Source: Polyangiaceae bacterium (GTDB taxonomy: Bacteria; Myxococcota_A; Polyangia; Polyangiales; Polyangiaceae). From it: a stretch of 47,005 nt of DNA. The notes under the pieces were generated by a model that was given only the letters and a program-made list of their open reading frames with translations, had not been told where the DNA came from and searched no databases. The translations under genes and the position numbers were made by a program. Below are positions 9,137 to 18,288 of the stretch, piece by piece; position 1 is the stretch's first letter; each line of letters opens with the position of its first letter. The DNA lies in NCBI GenBank assembly GCA_044222475.1, contig JBGANF010000054.1, forward strand, positions 1-47,005. Reading direction: 5' to 3'.

Positions 9137-12100
9137 GGCCGCTTCCTCAGCTGCACGAGCCCATCGAGGTCCTTCTTCGGCTTGTGGCGCGTGCGCTGCT
9201 CCTCGTACGGACCGCACACCGCCCGGTAGTCGCACCACACGCACTCGTCCTTCGCCGGAGCGGCTGGGAGAAAGCCCTTCTCGAGCGCGCCGCCGATGAC
9301 GTCGGCGACCATCTTCGCCGACTCGCGCGCGTGGCCGTCGAGCGGGACCGGGAACCGCTCGTAGCGTCCCGTCGAGGTTGCATAATACAAGTTTCCGCCT
9401 TCGATCGTCTTTCCCGGCTTCAGCTTCTCGAGGACGAGGGCGTAGAGCACCGGCTGGAGGACCTTGCCTCCTTGGATGACGGTGTCCTGCGTGACGCGGA
9501 TCTTGCCGGTCTTGAAGTCGGTCGCGCGGAGGCGCCCGCTGTCGCGGCTCTCCTCGACGAGATCGATCGAGCCGCGAAGCGTGATGCCGCAGTCGAGCTT
9601 GGCCGGTTCGTCGCTGCTCGATGGATCCTGTTGGGCCCTACGATCGGGCAAGCCGAACGAGAGCTCGAACGACGTGGGCGTCCACTCGGCGTCGGCGAGC
9701 AGACGTCGCAGCGCCTCGGCGGCGTCGGCCTTGATCTGCGCCATCGCGTCGTCCCAGACGCGCGCGATCGCGGGGGCGAGCTTCTCGGCGTACTCGCGCT
9801 CGACGCGCGTCATCGTGTCGTCGAGCACTGCGCGCGCCTCTTCGAAGTGCGCTTCGTCGAGAGGCAGGAGGCCCTTCTTTCGCAGCGCGACGAAGAGCTC
9901 GTACATCACCTCGTGGAAGATCGAGCCTTTCTGGAGCGCGTCGAGCTCTTCGAGGCTCTCGGTCTCTTCGCGGGGAGCGAGGCGCAGGATCGCCTGCAGG
10001 ACGAACCGGTACGGACACGCTGCGAAGTTCTGGAGCGCCGTCGGCGAGAACGATCGCTTGCCGAGCGCGTGCGCGGCGAGCGCGACCATGGCCTCGGGCC
10101 TGGGTTCGACCAGTCCGTCCGACGAGTACCAGCGCTTCTTGTGCCAGCGCTCGGCGCGGAAGCGCAGCGCCCGTTGCAGGTGCGCGTTGGCGGAGAGCAG
10201 GTAGCGCGCCGCGCCGATCGTCTCGGCGTCCGGCTGGCCCTCGATCCGCTCGAGGATCGCGAGGTCGTACTCGGCCTCGTCGATGGCGTCGCGGGCGTCG
10301 CTCGGGGCGGGCCAACCGATGCGGGCCTGCGTCGTCTGCTGCGCGCGGCGCGCGAGATCGTCGAAGCCGGGGAGCTTTCCCTCGAACGCGCGAAGGAGCT
10401 CGAGCGCGTAGAACGACGGAGTCCGCGGGCGCGACTGTTGGAGGTCGACGCGCGGGTACGAAGCGGTGATCTCGCGGTCGGCTGCGCCGATCGCGAGGCG
10501 GAGCGCGAGGCGCTCGTCGGCGGTGCGGACGGCGTTCGTCGCGAGGCGCGGCGAGATCGCGGCCCGACTCGCGTCGGGGAGGATCGGGTCTTCGATGACT
10601 TTCTGAGGGAACGTCTTCTCCGCCAACCCGGGCACGAAGACGACGTCGAACGAGAGACCGCGCACGTCATCCGGCGCGCCGACGAAGAGGCGGCCATCGC
10701 GTGACGAGCCCGGGGGCTCGACGAGCTCCAACAGGCGACGCTCCAGGACGATTCGCACCTCGGAGAGGACCACCGGTCCGACCGTGGCCATCGGCGCGAG
10801 CTCGGCGAGAACGCGCTGTACCCTTTCGGGACGACGGAGCGCACGCGCTGCGACGGCGGAGAGCCGCTCGATCCACTCGCCCCACAGCGCTTCGCGCGGG
10901 AGCGTATCGAGCTCTTCGAGGAGCGGGAGCGCGAAGGCCCGAAGGCTCGCGAGGGACTCGCGATCGCGCTCGGCTCGCGCCTCGACTGCGTCGAGCCCCT
11001 TCTTCCGGGCGTGCTCGGCGTCGAGTCGCAGCGACTCGTCGTGACCTTCGAGACGACGGCGCCACCGATCGAGACCGCCGATGACGGCCGCGTCGACCAG
11101 CAAGCGCTCCCAGAACTGCGGCGCACGCACCGGCTCCGGCGCCTCGGGCTCGTCGGTCTCGGGACCGACGGTCGCGAGCGTGCCGGTGAGCTCGTCGTCG
11201 GGCGGCGGCCGGCGTTCGTTCGCCGGCGGCGCAGGCGGCGGCGCGCCCCCGGTACGCTCCGGGACCTCGCCGAGCGAGAGGTACTCGGCGAAGCGCGTCG
11301 CCGAGAGCTTGTCTCCGGCGCACGACAGAAGCGCGAGCATGGCGCGACCCGACGGATCGGGGCGCGTGCTCCCTCGCGCGAAATACGCCGGAATGCGCGC
11401 TCGGCGGAGCGCCTCTTCGACGTGCGCGCGATACGCCGAGGGCGCGCGCAGGACGACGGCCATGCGGTCGAGGCGCACACCTGCTTCGGTGTGAGCGAGC
11501 ACGGCGCGCGCGATCTCCACGCACTCGCGGCTCTCGCCTGGGGCCGACGTGACGGAGAGCTTCCCTGGACCGCGGGTCTCGTCGACCTGCTCCGCGAAGA
11601 GTGCACTCTGCACGCGTTTGAGCGGCCCGTCCGGCGGCGCTTCCTCGATCACCGCGCCGACCGCGGCGAGGCTCGCGAGCGTGCGCTCGTCACCGCGGGC
11701 GACCGTCACCATGACGTCCGCTCGATCGGCGAGGACGCGAACCAGATCGGCTTCGCGGGCGAAGCGCAGCGGCACGTCGACGAGGACGTGCGGTGTGGCT
11801 GTCGACTTCTCCGCCGCGCGCGCTGCGATCGCGAACACGTCGGCGCGGTCGGCGAGCTTCTGCGCGCTCAGCTCGGCGGCGTACGCGCGGAAGAGGACGC
11901 CCAGCTCGGACGACGACGGCGGCAGCTCCGCGATCCCGCCGAGCCGCAGCTCCTCGAACGTGCGCGCGAGCGCGCGCGGCAGGCCCGGCATCTCCGCGAG
12001 TGGCGTGAACCGACCGAGGCCTTCCTCCTTCGCGAGCCGATGGACGATCCGCGCGCACACGGCCTCGGCCGCGAGCGGCGCGATGGGCGCGACGCCCCCG

Positions 12101-12333
12101 GAGACGAGCGTCGGCATCGCGAGCTCGCCGGCGAGGCGGAGGAGGGTGCGGCGCCGCCAGCCGAAGCTCGCTCCTCGTCGAGCGACGACGTCGCGCGTGA
12201 CCTCGACCGCGGCGTCGTACGTCGCGCCGACGACCACGAGCTCGCGGTCGGCGTCTTGCGCGGCGAGCCACGACTCCACCGCGGCGCGCCGCGTCGATGC
12301 GCTCGGAGAGACGATCGCGCGGAGCCGTGCCAT
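9133..12333 (-). CDS. addB: AddB-like inactive-helicase/PD-(D/E)xK nuclease subunit
   Basis: SPTALQNFAACPYRF, GSIFHE, LRGSIDLV..TDFKTG, QPVLY and C-terminal CVWCDYRAVC (Fe-S staple cysteines); directly upstream of and coupled to addA. Confidence 0.85.
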   Translation of the reverse strand: MARLRAIVSPSASTRRAAVESWLAAQDADRELVVVGATYDAAVEVTRDVVARRGASFGWRRRTLLRLAGELAMPTLVSGGVAPIAPLAAEAVCARIVHRLAKEEGLGRFTPLAEMPGLPRALARTFEELRLGGIAELPPSSSELGVLFRAYAAELSAQKLADRADVFAIAARAAEKSTATPHVLVDVPLRFAREADLVRVLADRADVMVTVARGDERTLASLAAVGAVIEEAPPDGPLKRVQSALFAEQVDETRGPGKLSVTSAPGESRECVEIARAVLAHTEAGVRLDRMAVVLRAPSAYRAHVEEALRRARIPAYFARGSTRPDPSGRAMLALLSCAGDKLSATRFAEYLSLGEVPERTGGAPPPAPPANERRPPPDDELTGTLATVGPETDEPEAPEPVRAPQFWERLLVDAAVIGGLDRWRRRLEGHDESLRLDAEHARKKGLDAVEARAERDRESLASLRAFALPLLEELDTLPREALWGEWIERLSAVAARALRRPERVQRVLAELAPMATVGPVVLSEVRIVLERRLLELVEPPGSSRDGRLFVGAPDDVRGLSFDVVFVPGLAEKTFPQKVIEDPILPDASRAAISPRLATNAVRTADERLALRLAIGAADREITASYPRVDLQQSRPRTPSFYALELLRAFEGKLPGFDDLARRAQQTTQARIGWPAPSDARDAIDEAEYDLAILERIEGQPDAETIGAARYLLSANAHLQRALRFRAERWHKKRWYSSDGLVEPRPEAMVALAAHALGKRSFSPTALQNFAACPYRFVLQAILRLAPREETESLEELDALQKGSIFHEVMYELFVALRKKGLLPLDEAHFEEARAVLDDTMTRVEREYAEKLAPAIARVWDDAMAQIKADAAEALRRLLADAEWTPTSFELSFGLPDRRAQQDPSSSDEPAKLDCGITLRGSIDLVEESRDSGRLRATDFKTGKIRVTQDTVIQGGKVLQPVLYALVLEKLKPGKTIEGGNLYYATSTGRYERFPVPLDGHARESAKMVADVIGGALEKGFLPAAPAKDECVWCDYRAVCGPYEEQRTRHKPKKDLDGLVQLRKRP

Positions 12334-12393
12334 GCGCGGAATCTAGTCGTCCGCGGACGAAATTCCCATGGGCAACGATCCGGAGACCGACGG

Positions 12394-13635
12394 TTACTCG
12401 TAGAGCGCGAGGTCGTTCGCCGTGCCGCTGGGTACCTTGAGCTTTGCCACGAAGGTCGGCGTCGTGGTGGCGGTCTTGAAGATGGCGACGCCCTCGGAGT
12501 CGAGCACGAACAGGTGATCCGTCTTCGACAGGATCGCGCGCTTCGGGTTGTTCAGGTTCGTGTTCGCCGACGCGGTCGGCGCCTTCTCGCCCGAGAGCGT
12601 CGACGCGCTCGCGTACAAGTTGACCTTGTTGTTCTGGACGGTGACGACGAGGAAGTCCTTCCACAGCGCGACCTCGGGGACGAAGGCGTTGATCCCCGAT
12701 GCGGCGGTCATGGTGAAGTTGGGAGCGGTGGGAGCCGAGAAGCCGGACGCGTTGGTCCACACCATCACCGCGTTCGTGTTTCCGCCGTTGGTCATCACTC
12801 CTCCGGCGTACAGCCGGTTCGGGTGAGTCGCCATCGTCCACACCGCGAGCGCCGGCGTCGCGAAATCGTTCGCCGGCGTGCCGGTCTTGGTCTTCGCCGT
12901 GTTCCAGGTGAGAAGCCCGGCACCGCTGATTTGCCCCAGGAACAACCGATCGCCGGTCGACTCGTAGGCCAAGCCCGGCAGCTGCTGGAAGGCGTGGGTG
13001 AACTTCGCCTTCGCCGTCGACGACGACGTGAGCGTCGCCGCGCCAGTGAAGAGCTGCGTCCCTTGGAGGAACGATTGCGTCCACACCGTGTCGCTCGCCT
13101 TGTCGGGGAACACGCGTTGAATGCCGGGGTTGCCGCCGACGAACGCGGACACCGGGATCTTCGCCGCCGGCGCAGCGGCGCCGCTCACCACGTCGGCTCC
13201 ATCGAACGCCGCAAGCGCGGTCGCCGACGAGCTCACGCCCGTCTCGATGCCGACGAACAGTCGCTTGTCGAGGAGCGCGACGGACGTCGACCCGCCGTTC
13301 ACCGACGGATCGGTGAGCGTCGTCGTGGGTGCGACGGCGCTGACGATGGAGTCGGGATCGTCCCAGATGAAGACGCCGCCTCCGCCAGAAGCTTTCCCCG
13401 CGACGATCAAGCGAACGGGGATCTTCCCGGCGTCCGGCGAGGTTCCATCGGTACCGCCATCGGCGATCGATCCGTCGGGCGTCGATCCGTCGGGCGCGGT
13501 TCCATCCGCGCTGCCATCCTTCGGCGGGCTGACGACGTCGGATCCTGCATCGGGACCCGGGATCGTCGTGGAGTCTTCGCCGCCGCACGCTGCACACACG
13601 ATCGCCACGGTCGCCACCAAGGAAGCTCGGTTCAT
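12394..13635 (-). CDS. lipoprotein with probable beta-propeller domain
   Basis: Lipobox VCAAC, a (D-G-S/T-x-P) low-complexity linker, then repeated beta-rich units ending in 'AP-T/A'. Confidence 0.7.
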   Translation of the reverse strand: MNRASLVATVAIVCAACGGEDSTTIPGPDAGSDVVSPPKDGSADGTAPDGSTPDGSIADGGTDGTSPDAGKIPVRLIVAGKASGGGGVFIWDDPDSIVSAVAPTTTLTDPSVNGGSTSVALLDKRLFVGIETGVSSSATALAAFDGADVVSGAAAPAAKIPVSAFVGGNPGIQRVFPDKASDTVWTQSFLQGTQLFTGAATLTSSSTAKAKFTHAFQQLPGLAYESTGDRLFLGQISGAGLLTWNTAKTKTGTPANDFATPALAVWTMATHPNRLYAGGVMTNGGNTNAVMVWTNASGFSAPTAPNFTMTAASGINAFVPEVALWKDFLVVTVQNNKVNLYASASTLSGEKAPTASANTNLNNPKRAILSKTDHLFVLDSEGVAIFKTATTTPTFVAKLKVPSGTANDLALYE

Positions 13636-13670
13636 GTCGCTACTCTCCGCGTAAGGTTTGCGGACCGTTC

Positions 13671-13686
13671 AGCAACAGTCGTGCCG
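13671..13686 (-). promoter_or_regulatory. sigma54-type -24/-12 promoter candidate for 12394..13635
   Basis: Minus strand reads CGGCACGACTGTTGCT, i.e. GG-N10-GC matching YGGCACG-N4-TTGCW, 35 nt upstream of the ATG. Confidence 0.6.
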
Positions 13687-13781
13687 CTTGATTCGTCGGC
13701 GAATTGGCGACGTCGCGGCTCCAAGCGACCGCACGAAGTTGCCAACCTCGCAAACGTTGCATGGCGTGATACGAATCGGCG

Positions 13782-14195
13782 ATGGACCCGAAGCCGAAGC
13801 GCAAGGGCCGGCCGCTGCTCGTCGCCGCCGCCGGAATCGCGTTCGTGTCGTACGCGAGCTGCCACGAGTACAAGCCGGTCGGCAACCTGCGCGGGCCGGA
13901 CAACCCACCACCCACCAGCGAAGACGCGAGCGCTCCGGCGGAAGACGCGAGCGGCGCTCCGGTCGCCACGCCGGTGGAAGCGGGACCCGCTCCGCTCGAC
14001 GCGGCGAGCCCTCCGATGATCCCCGACGCAGGCGCTCCGAAGGACGCAGGCGCCCTCAAGGACGCTAGCCCGACCAAGGACGCCGGATCGCGGAGAGACG
14101 CCGGCGGCATCTCGACTCATCCCGTCGGCAACTTGCGACCGCCTCCGCCGCCGCCGCACCCCGTCGGCAACCTGCGCGCGCCGGACGACGAATGA
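13782..14195 (+). CDS. small lipoprotein with three PVGNLR repeats (candidate precursor peptide)
   Basis: Basic N-terminus, hydrophobic stretch and YASC lipobox-like Cys; PVGNLR encoded at 13875-13892, 14121-14138 and 14160-14177; ATGA overlap with the next gene. Confidence 0.75.
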   Translation: MDPKPKRKGRPLLVAAAGIAFVSYASCHEYKPVGNLRGPDNPPPTSEDASAPAEDASGAPVATPVEAGPAPLDAASPPMIPDAGAPKDAGALKDASPTKDAGSRRDAGGISTHPVGNLRPPPPPPHPVGNLRAPDDE

Positions 14196-15010
14196 CCGCG
14201 GAGACGTTCGAGCTCTTCATGCTCGGCGGCGCGACCGAGAAGCGGTACCGCAAGATGCGGCCCGAGATCGCGCACCTTCCCTGGGGCACGCTCGACCCGC
14301 GCGCGTTCCCGGACGACCTCGTGCTCGCGGCTCGCAAGTCGTGGACGCTCGCGGCGTACCAAGAGCACCGCACGGGGGCCGCCTGCGCCGAGACCGTGCA
14401 AGCGATGATCGTGGCGCGAGCTCCGGTCGATCTCGTCGCCGTCGCGACCCGGTTCCCACTCGACGAGATGGTGCACGTCGAGATGTGCGCTCGCCTCGCC
14501 GAAGAGCTCGGCGGCGGCACCCACGTCGAGTTCGATCCGCTCGAGCTGATCCCCAGCCCACCTTGGGACGAGCCGCCGCTCCTTCGCGCCGCCGACTGCG
14601 TGGTCCGGTACTTCTGCGTCGGCGAAGCGCTCTCGATTCCGCTCCTTCACGGGGCGTGGCAAGCGACGAAGCACCCGCTCGTTCGCGCCGTGCTCGGTCG
14701 CATCGTGCGCGACGAGGCGGCGCACGGGATCTTTGGTTGGACCTTCCTCGACTGGATCGGCGACGAGCTCTCCAAGGACGACCGCGCGCACCTCGCCGTC
14801 GTCGCCGGTCAGATGATCGACGCGCTCACGAAATCGTGGGAGTCGATCAAAGGCCGACCCCACGCCAACGTGGACGACATCCACGCGCTCGGCTGGATGG
14901 AGACCGACGCGTACATGGAGCTCGCAAGGCGCTCGCTCCGAACTCGCGTCCTCGAACCTCTGCGTGCGCGCGGGATCGATCCCGTGTGCCACCGGCCGCT
15001 CGATGGCTGA
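14192..15010 (+). CDS. ferritin-like diiron domain protein
   Basis: E...ExxH...E...ExxH pattern: AYQEHRT, LDEMVH, CVGEALS, RDEAAH; no signal peptide. Confidence 0.85.
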   Translation: MTAETFELFMLGGATEKRYRKMRPEIAHLPWGTLDPRAFPDDLVLAARKSWTLAAYQEHRTGAACAETVQAMIVARAPVDLVAVATRFPLDEMVHVEMCARLAEELGGGTHVEFDPLELIPSPPWDEPPLLRAADCVVRYFCVGEALSIPLLHGAWQATKHPLVRAVLGRIVRDEAAHGIFGWTFLDWIGDELSKDDRAHLAVVAGQMIDALTKSWESIKGRPHANVDDIHALGWMETDAYMELARRSLRTRVLEPLRARGIDPVCHRPLDG

Positions 15011-16670
15011 CGATCCGCTTCGCAATGCGCGGCGGCAGCGGATCATCCGCACGATCGTCGTGCTCTGCGCCTTCGGTGCGCTCTTCTACCTCGCTCGCAT
15101 GGGTCTCCACGCGGCGCGGGCGCGGCAAGAGCGCATCGCGCGCGCGTCGGTACACAAGTGCCTCTTCGGGCGACCCTTCGATCCCGGGGAGCGCCCGGCC
15201 GGGCGGCTTCACCGCATCGCTCTCTTCAATCCCCCGAAGGACTGGCCGAGTCGGTGCGACCGCTACCTCACCGATCTCGCGGAGACGCGCGACGACCTCG
15301 AAGAATCCTGGTCGGGCGGATGGTCACCCGGTCACGTCGACGTCGGTGACATCGAAGGCAGGCCGTGGGACTTCGACGCGTTCTTCGAGATGGGCGCACC
15401 GCGCCCCGACGTCGAAGCTCCACCCGAGGTGATCGCGGCGCCGACGGCTGCATACGTCGCCGACGAAAGAACACCCGGCATCGCCGGCGACCTCATCGGC
15501 GCGAGCTTCGATCCCGTGCCCGCCCGCGGCGTGCGCTTCCTGATGGCGGGCACTCGGCTGTGCGAGACGTCCGTCGCGCTCGATGGGTGGAAGTGCACCT
15601 CCGTCCTTCCAAAGGGGCGCCCGGTGCTCTTGCCGACAGCCGAGGGCGGACCCCCTCTCGTCACGCCGAACCGGTCGACGTGGATGCCATCGCCTGATCC
15701 CGTCGAACGCCTCGACACGCATGCGGAGCTCTGCGCCGAGCCGACTCGAGCGTGCACGGTGTTCGGTCAGAGCGATGGAACCGTTCTCTCCGTCTACCGC
15801 TTGCCCCTCCGGAACGGTGAAGCGTTCGAGTACGAGGCGGTGCGCAATCGCGACGGACTCTCCTCGCGCCGCCCGCTCGGCCTCGAGCTCCCCGCGGCCG
15901 TCTCCCCGACCATCGTGGGGGACCGAATCGTATGGATCGATCGCGGTCACCTCGTCTCGCGGCAGATCACGCTGGGCGAGCCTCCGCTCGGTCCGCTCCA
16001 GGATTGGGGCGCGGTGCCGAACCTCGAGATCCGCGCGTGCGCGGTCGGGTCGGGCTACGCGCTGTGGGGAGTCGGGATGCAGGGCGGCTTCGTCGCCTTC
16101 CCGAATCGACCCGCCGCGACGTTCGCGCTACCGGCGACCGAGGGTCGACTGACCGACGAGGGCGCCTCGACGTCGTGCGCGCTGGACGGCGTCACCTTCG
16201 CGGAGGTGCTCGCTCGGCACCGCACGCGAACCGACTTCGATCACACCGGGTTCCAGGTGCGGGGCGTTCGCTGCACGGCCGACAAGGGATGCGCTGCGCC
16301 CGAGATCATCGACGTCGACGAGATGCTGCGCGACTCCGGCGACGCCGACCGGCCCGACGGGATCCGCGACGACGTGCGGGCCGTCGGTCACGACGGCAAG
16401 CTGCTCGTGCTGTGGCGTTCGGCGAAGCACGGCATTCGGTTTCGAATCGGATCCGCGGCCGACATCGGGAAGCAGCCGGACTTCGTCGCCTACGACGATC
16501 GCATCGGCGACGGCGATCCGTTCGCGATGAGCCGCATCCAAGAGACGTTTCGCGTGCTCGGCCGATGGGAAGCGTCGGTGTTGATGGTCGAGACGGTCGA
16601 CGTCCCCGGCCGCGTGAAGCTATTCCGCATCGCGCCCAACGGCCCCGTCACGACGATCGCCGAGCAGTGA
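15003..16670 (+). CDS. hypothetical N-terminally membrane-anchored, Cys-containing protein
   Basis: ATG 15003 overlaps the upstream gene by 8 nt; TM segment IIRTIVVLCAFGALFYLA; long GC3-biased frame; no recognised family. Confidence 0.65.
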   Translation: MADDPLRNARRQRIIRTIVVLCAFGALFYLARMGLHAARARQERIARASVHKCLFGRPFDPGERPAGRLHRIALFNPPKDWPSRCDRYLTDLAETRDDLEESWSGGWSPGHVDVGDIEGRPWDFDAFFEMGAPRPDVEAPPEVIAAPTAAYVADERTPGIAGDLIGASFDPVPARGVRFLMAGTRLCETSVALDGWKCTSVLPKGRPVLLPTAEGGPPLVTPNRSTWMPSPDPVERLDTHAELCAEPTRACTVFGQSDGTVLSVYRLPLRNGEAFEYEAVRNRDGLSSRRPLGLELPAAVSPTIVGDRIVWIDRGHLVSRQITLGEPPLGPLQDWGAVPNLEIRACAVGSGYALWGVGMQGGFVAFPNRPAATFALPATEGRLTDEGASTSCALDGVTFAEVLARHRTRTDFDHTGFQVRGVRCTADKGCAAPEIIDVDEMLRDSGDADRPDGIRDDVRAVGHDGKLLVLWRSAKHGIRFRIGSAADIGKQPDFVAYDDRIGDGDPFAMSRIQETFRVLGRWEASVLMVETVDVPGRVKLFRIAPNGPVTTIAEQ

Positions 16671-16671
16671 G

Positions 16672-17634
16672 CTAGCTCGCTTCGGGGATGCCGAGCTCGG
16701 CGCGCACGACGCCGAGCGGCTTCTCGACGTCGTGCCAGAAATCCCAGCCCTCCATCAGGTTGCGCTTCGTCGCCGCGCCGCGCTGGAGAGCCGCGAGGAT
16801 CGGCTCCGGTCGCCAGAGGTCCTTCGCCGCCGGGAGCATGGGCCGAATCGCGACGCCCGCGTGGAAGAGCAGCATGCCGGAGAAGAGGAACGTGAACGGA
16901 TCTTGGATGAACGCGTTCGACTCGCGGCACATCGCGGCGGTGAACGCGCCGACCTGCAGCTCGCCGATCGGATCGGTGAGGTACCCGGTGAGCACGTGGA
17001 TCATGTCGTGCGGCGCGACCTGCTCGGGCATCCCCTGCGGCTCGCCCGGCAGCGCGAAGCCGTTCTTCGTCATGTGCGCCCAGAACGTGCGACCGAGCGT
17101 GCCTTCGGGCAGGAGGCCGAGGCGCTTGTACTTCCACGCGAGGTCGGCGTCCAAGCCCATGCCGACCTGCGGCCCGAAGAACTTGATGATGCCGCGCCAG
17201 CCGTGCTCCGCCATCGAGCGCTTCACCATCCCTGGCACGAACGACGAGCGTGCGACGTCGAGGCGGAGGCGCATGATGTGGCCCTCCACCAAGTGCCGCA
17301 GGTCGCGAACCCAGTGGCTGTCGACGTCGAACGCCTTCGCGTAGCGCTCGACCACCGCCGCTTCGGCGTCGGTCCCTTCCGTGTCGGCGAGCGCCATCAG
17401 GATCAGCGCTTGGAGCGTGCGCTCGCGGAGGTGCGCGTCGTCGATGGCCTCGGCGAGCGCGGTCGGCTCGATCGCGTCGAGCCCGTCGGGGTCGACCTCG
17501 ATCGCGAGCGCGCCGGCAATCGACGAGAGCATGTTCCGCTCCCGCGTATCGAACGTCCCATCGGCAATGGCGACGGTCTTGAGCGCCCGGAGAGCGGCGT
17601 ACTTCTGGGCTTCGGTGGCTTCGAGAACGTTCAT
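16672..17634 (-). CDS. TerB-like/Coq4-like fusion protein
   Basis: N-terminal TerB-like repeats (VAIADGTFDTRE; MALADTEGTDAE); C-terminal LPEGTLG...HDMIHVLTGYLTDPIGE matches the Coq4 HDxxH-x11-E motif; RBS GGAGGA. Confidence 0.75.
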   Translation of the reverse strand: MNVLEATEAQKYAALRALKTVAIADGTFDTRERNMLSSIAGALAIEVDPDGLDAIEPTALAEAIDDAHLRERTLQALILMALADTEGTDAEAAVVERYAKAFDVDSHWVRDLRHLVEGHIMRLRLDVARSSFVPGMVKRSMAEHGWRGIIKFFGPQVGMGLDADLAWKYKRLGLLPEGTLGRTFWAHMTKNGFALPGEPQGMPEQVAPHDMIHVLTGYLTDPIGELQVGAFTAAMCRESNAFIQDPFTFLFSGMLLFHAGVAIRPMLPAAKDLWRPEPILAALQRGAATKRNLMEGWDFWHDVEKPLGVVRAELGIPEAS

Positions 17635-17663
17635 TGTGTCTCCTCCCTGGGTGGCGCTATCGT

Positions 17664-17720
17664 TTGCGCCGCGGCACAATTTGCCGATTGAACAATGATT
17701 GCATTTCTGCAACTATTGCA
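17664..17720. promoter_or_regulatory. candidate MarR operator palindromes in the divergent promoter region
   Basis: AT-rich spacer with TTGCA-N4-TGCAA (17699-17712), overlapping TGCAA-N3-TTGCA (17708-17720) and TTGCGCCGCGGCACAA (17664-17679). Confidence 0.5.
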
Positions 17721-17735
17721 AATGGTGAATCGAAC

Positions 17736-18176
17736 ATGACGCGCGCCTTTCCCGCTGGCGCCGCGCGCGCCACGCGTGCGCTCTTCACCCGCATCCTGAC
17801 CGCGCTCGCGACCGACCTCCGTGACGCCGAGCTGAGCGTCGGCCAAGCGGCGGCGCTCCACCTCGTCGATCAGGCTGGGTCTCTCGCTCTCTCGACGCTC
17901 GCGTCCGAGCTCGGCCTGTCGCCTTCGGCGACGACGCGGCTGGTGGACGATCTCGTGCGCCGCGAGCTGCTCCATCGCGGGGAGGACCCCAGCGATCGGC
18001 GCTCGAAGATCCTCTCGATGACGCCGGCCGGCACCGAGTTCATGGCGCGCGCGAGCGCGAAGCGCGATCGCATCCTGCTCGAGACGATCGAGACGAACGC
18101 GCCGCGCTTCGTGGTCAACGCGATGCTCAAGGCGATGGACCGCGTGGGCGCGAAGATCGCAGCGAAGCCGCGCTAG
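17736..18176 (+). CDS. MarR family transcriptional regulator
   Basis: LSVGQ..L..LASELGLSPSATTRLVDDLV..L.HRGEDPSDRRSK..MTPAG winged-helix signature. Confidence 0.9.
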   Translation: MTRAFPAGAARATRALFTRILTALATDLRDAELSVGQAAALHLVDQAGSLALSTLASELGLSPSATTRLVDDLVRRELLHRGEDPSDRRSKILSMTPAGTEFMARASAKRDRILLETIETNAPRFVVNAMLKAMDRVGAKIAAKPR

Positions 18177-18288
18177 CTAGCTAGCGGCTCGGGCACTCGA
18201 CCATGCGTGCAGTCCGAGCGGTGGGTACACGAACTGCGCGTGCCGGATGCGGATGCGAAGTTCTTCGAGACGTGGTCGAGCGTGTTCG

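Noticed and set aside
5720..12333. Helicase-nuclease pair as a possible anti-phage or Cas4-like system
   Set aside because: Size, gene order, coupling and the Fe-S cysteine pattern fit housekeeping AddAB recombination repair.
12347..12360. Perfect palindrome TCGTCCGCGGACGA upstream of addB as an SOS/LexA box
   Set aside because: It does not match a LexA box I can support, and GC-rich palindromes of this length are not rare here.
13803..13826. GRPLLV in the 13782 protein resembling GRPLVV of the 38163 protein
   Set aside because: In 13782 it lies within the signal peptide n/h-region, so the similarity is probably coincidental and was not used as evidence.
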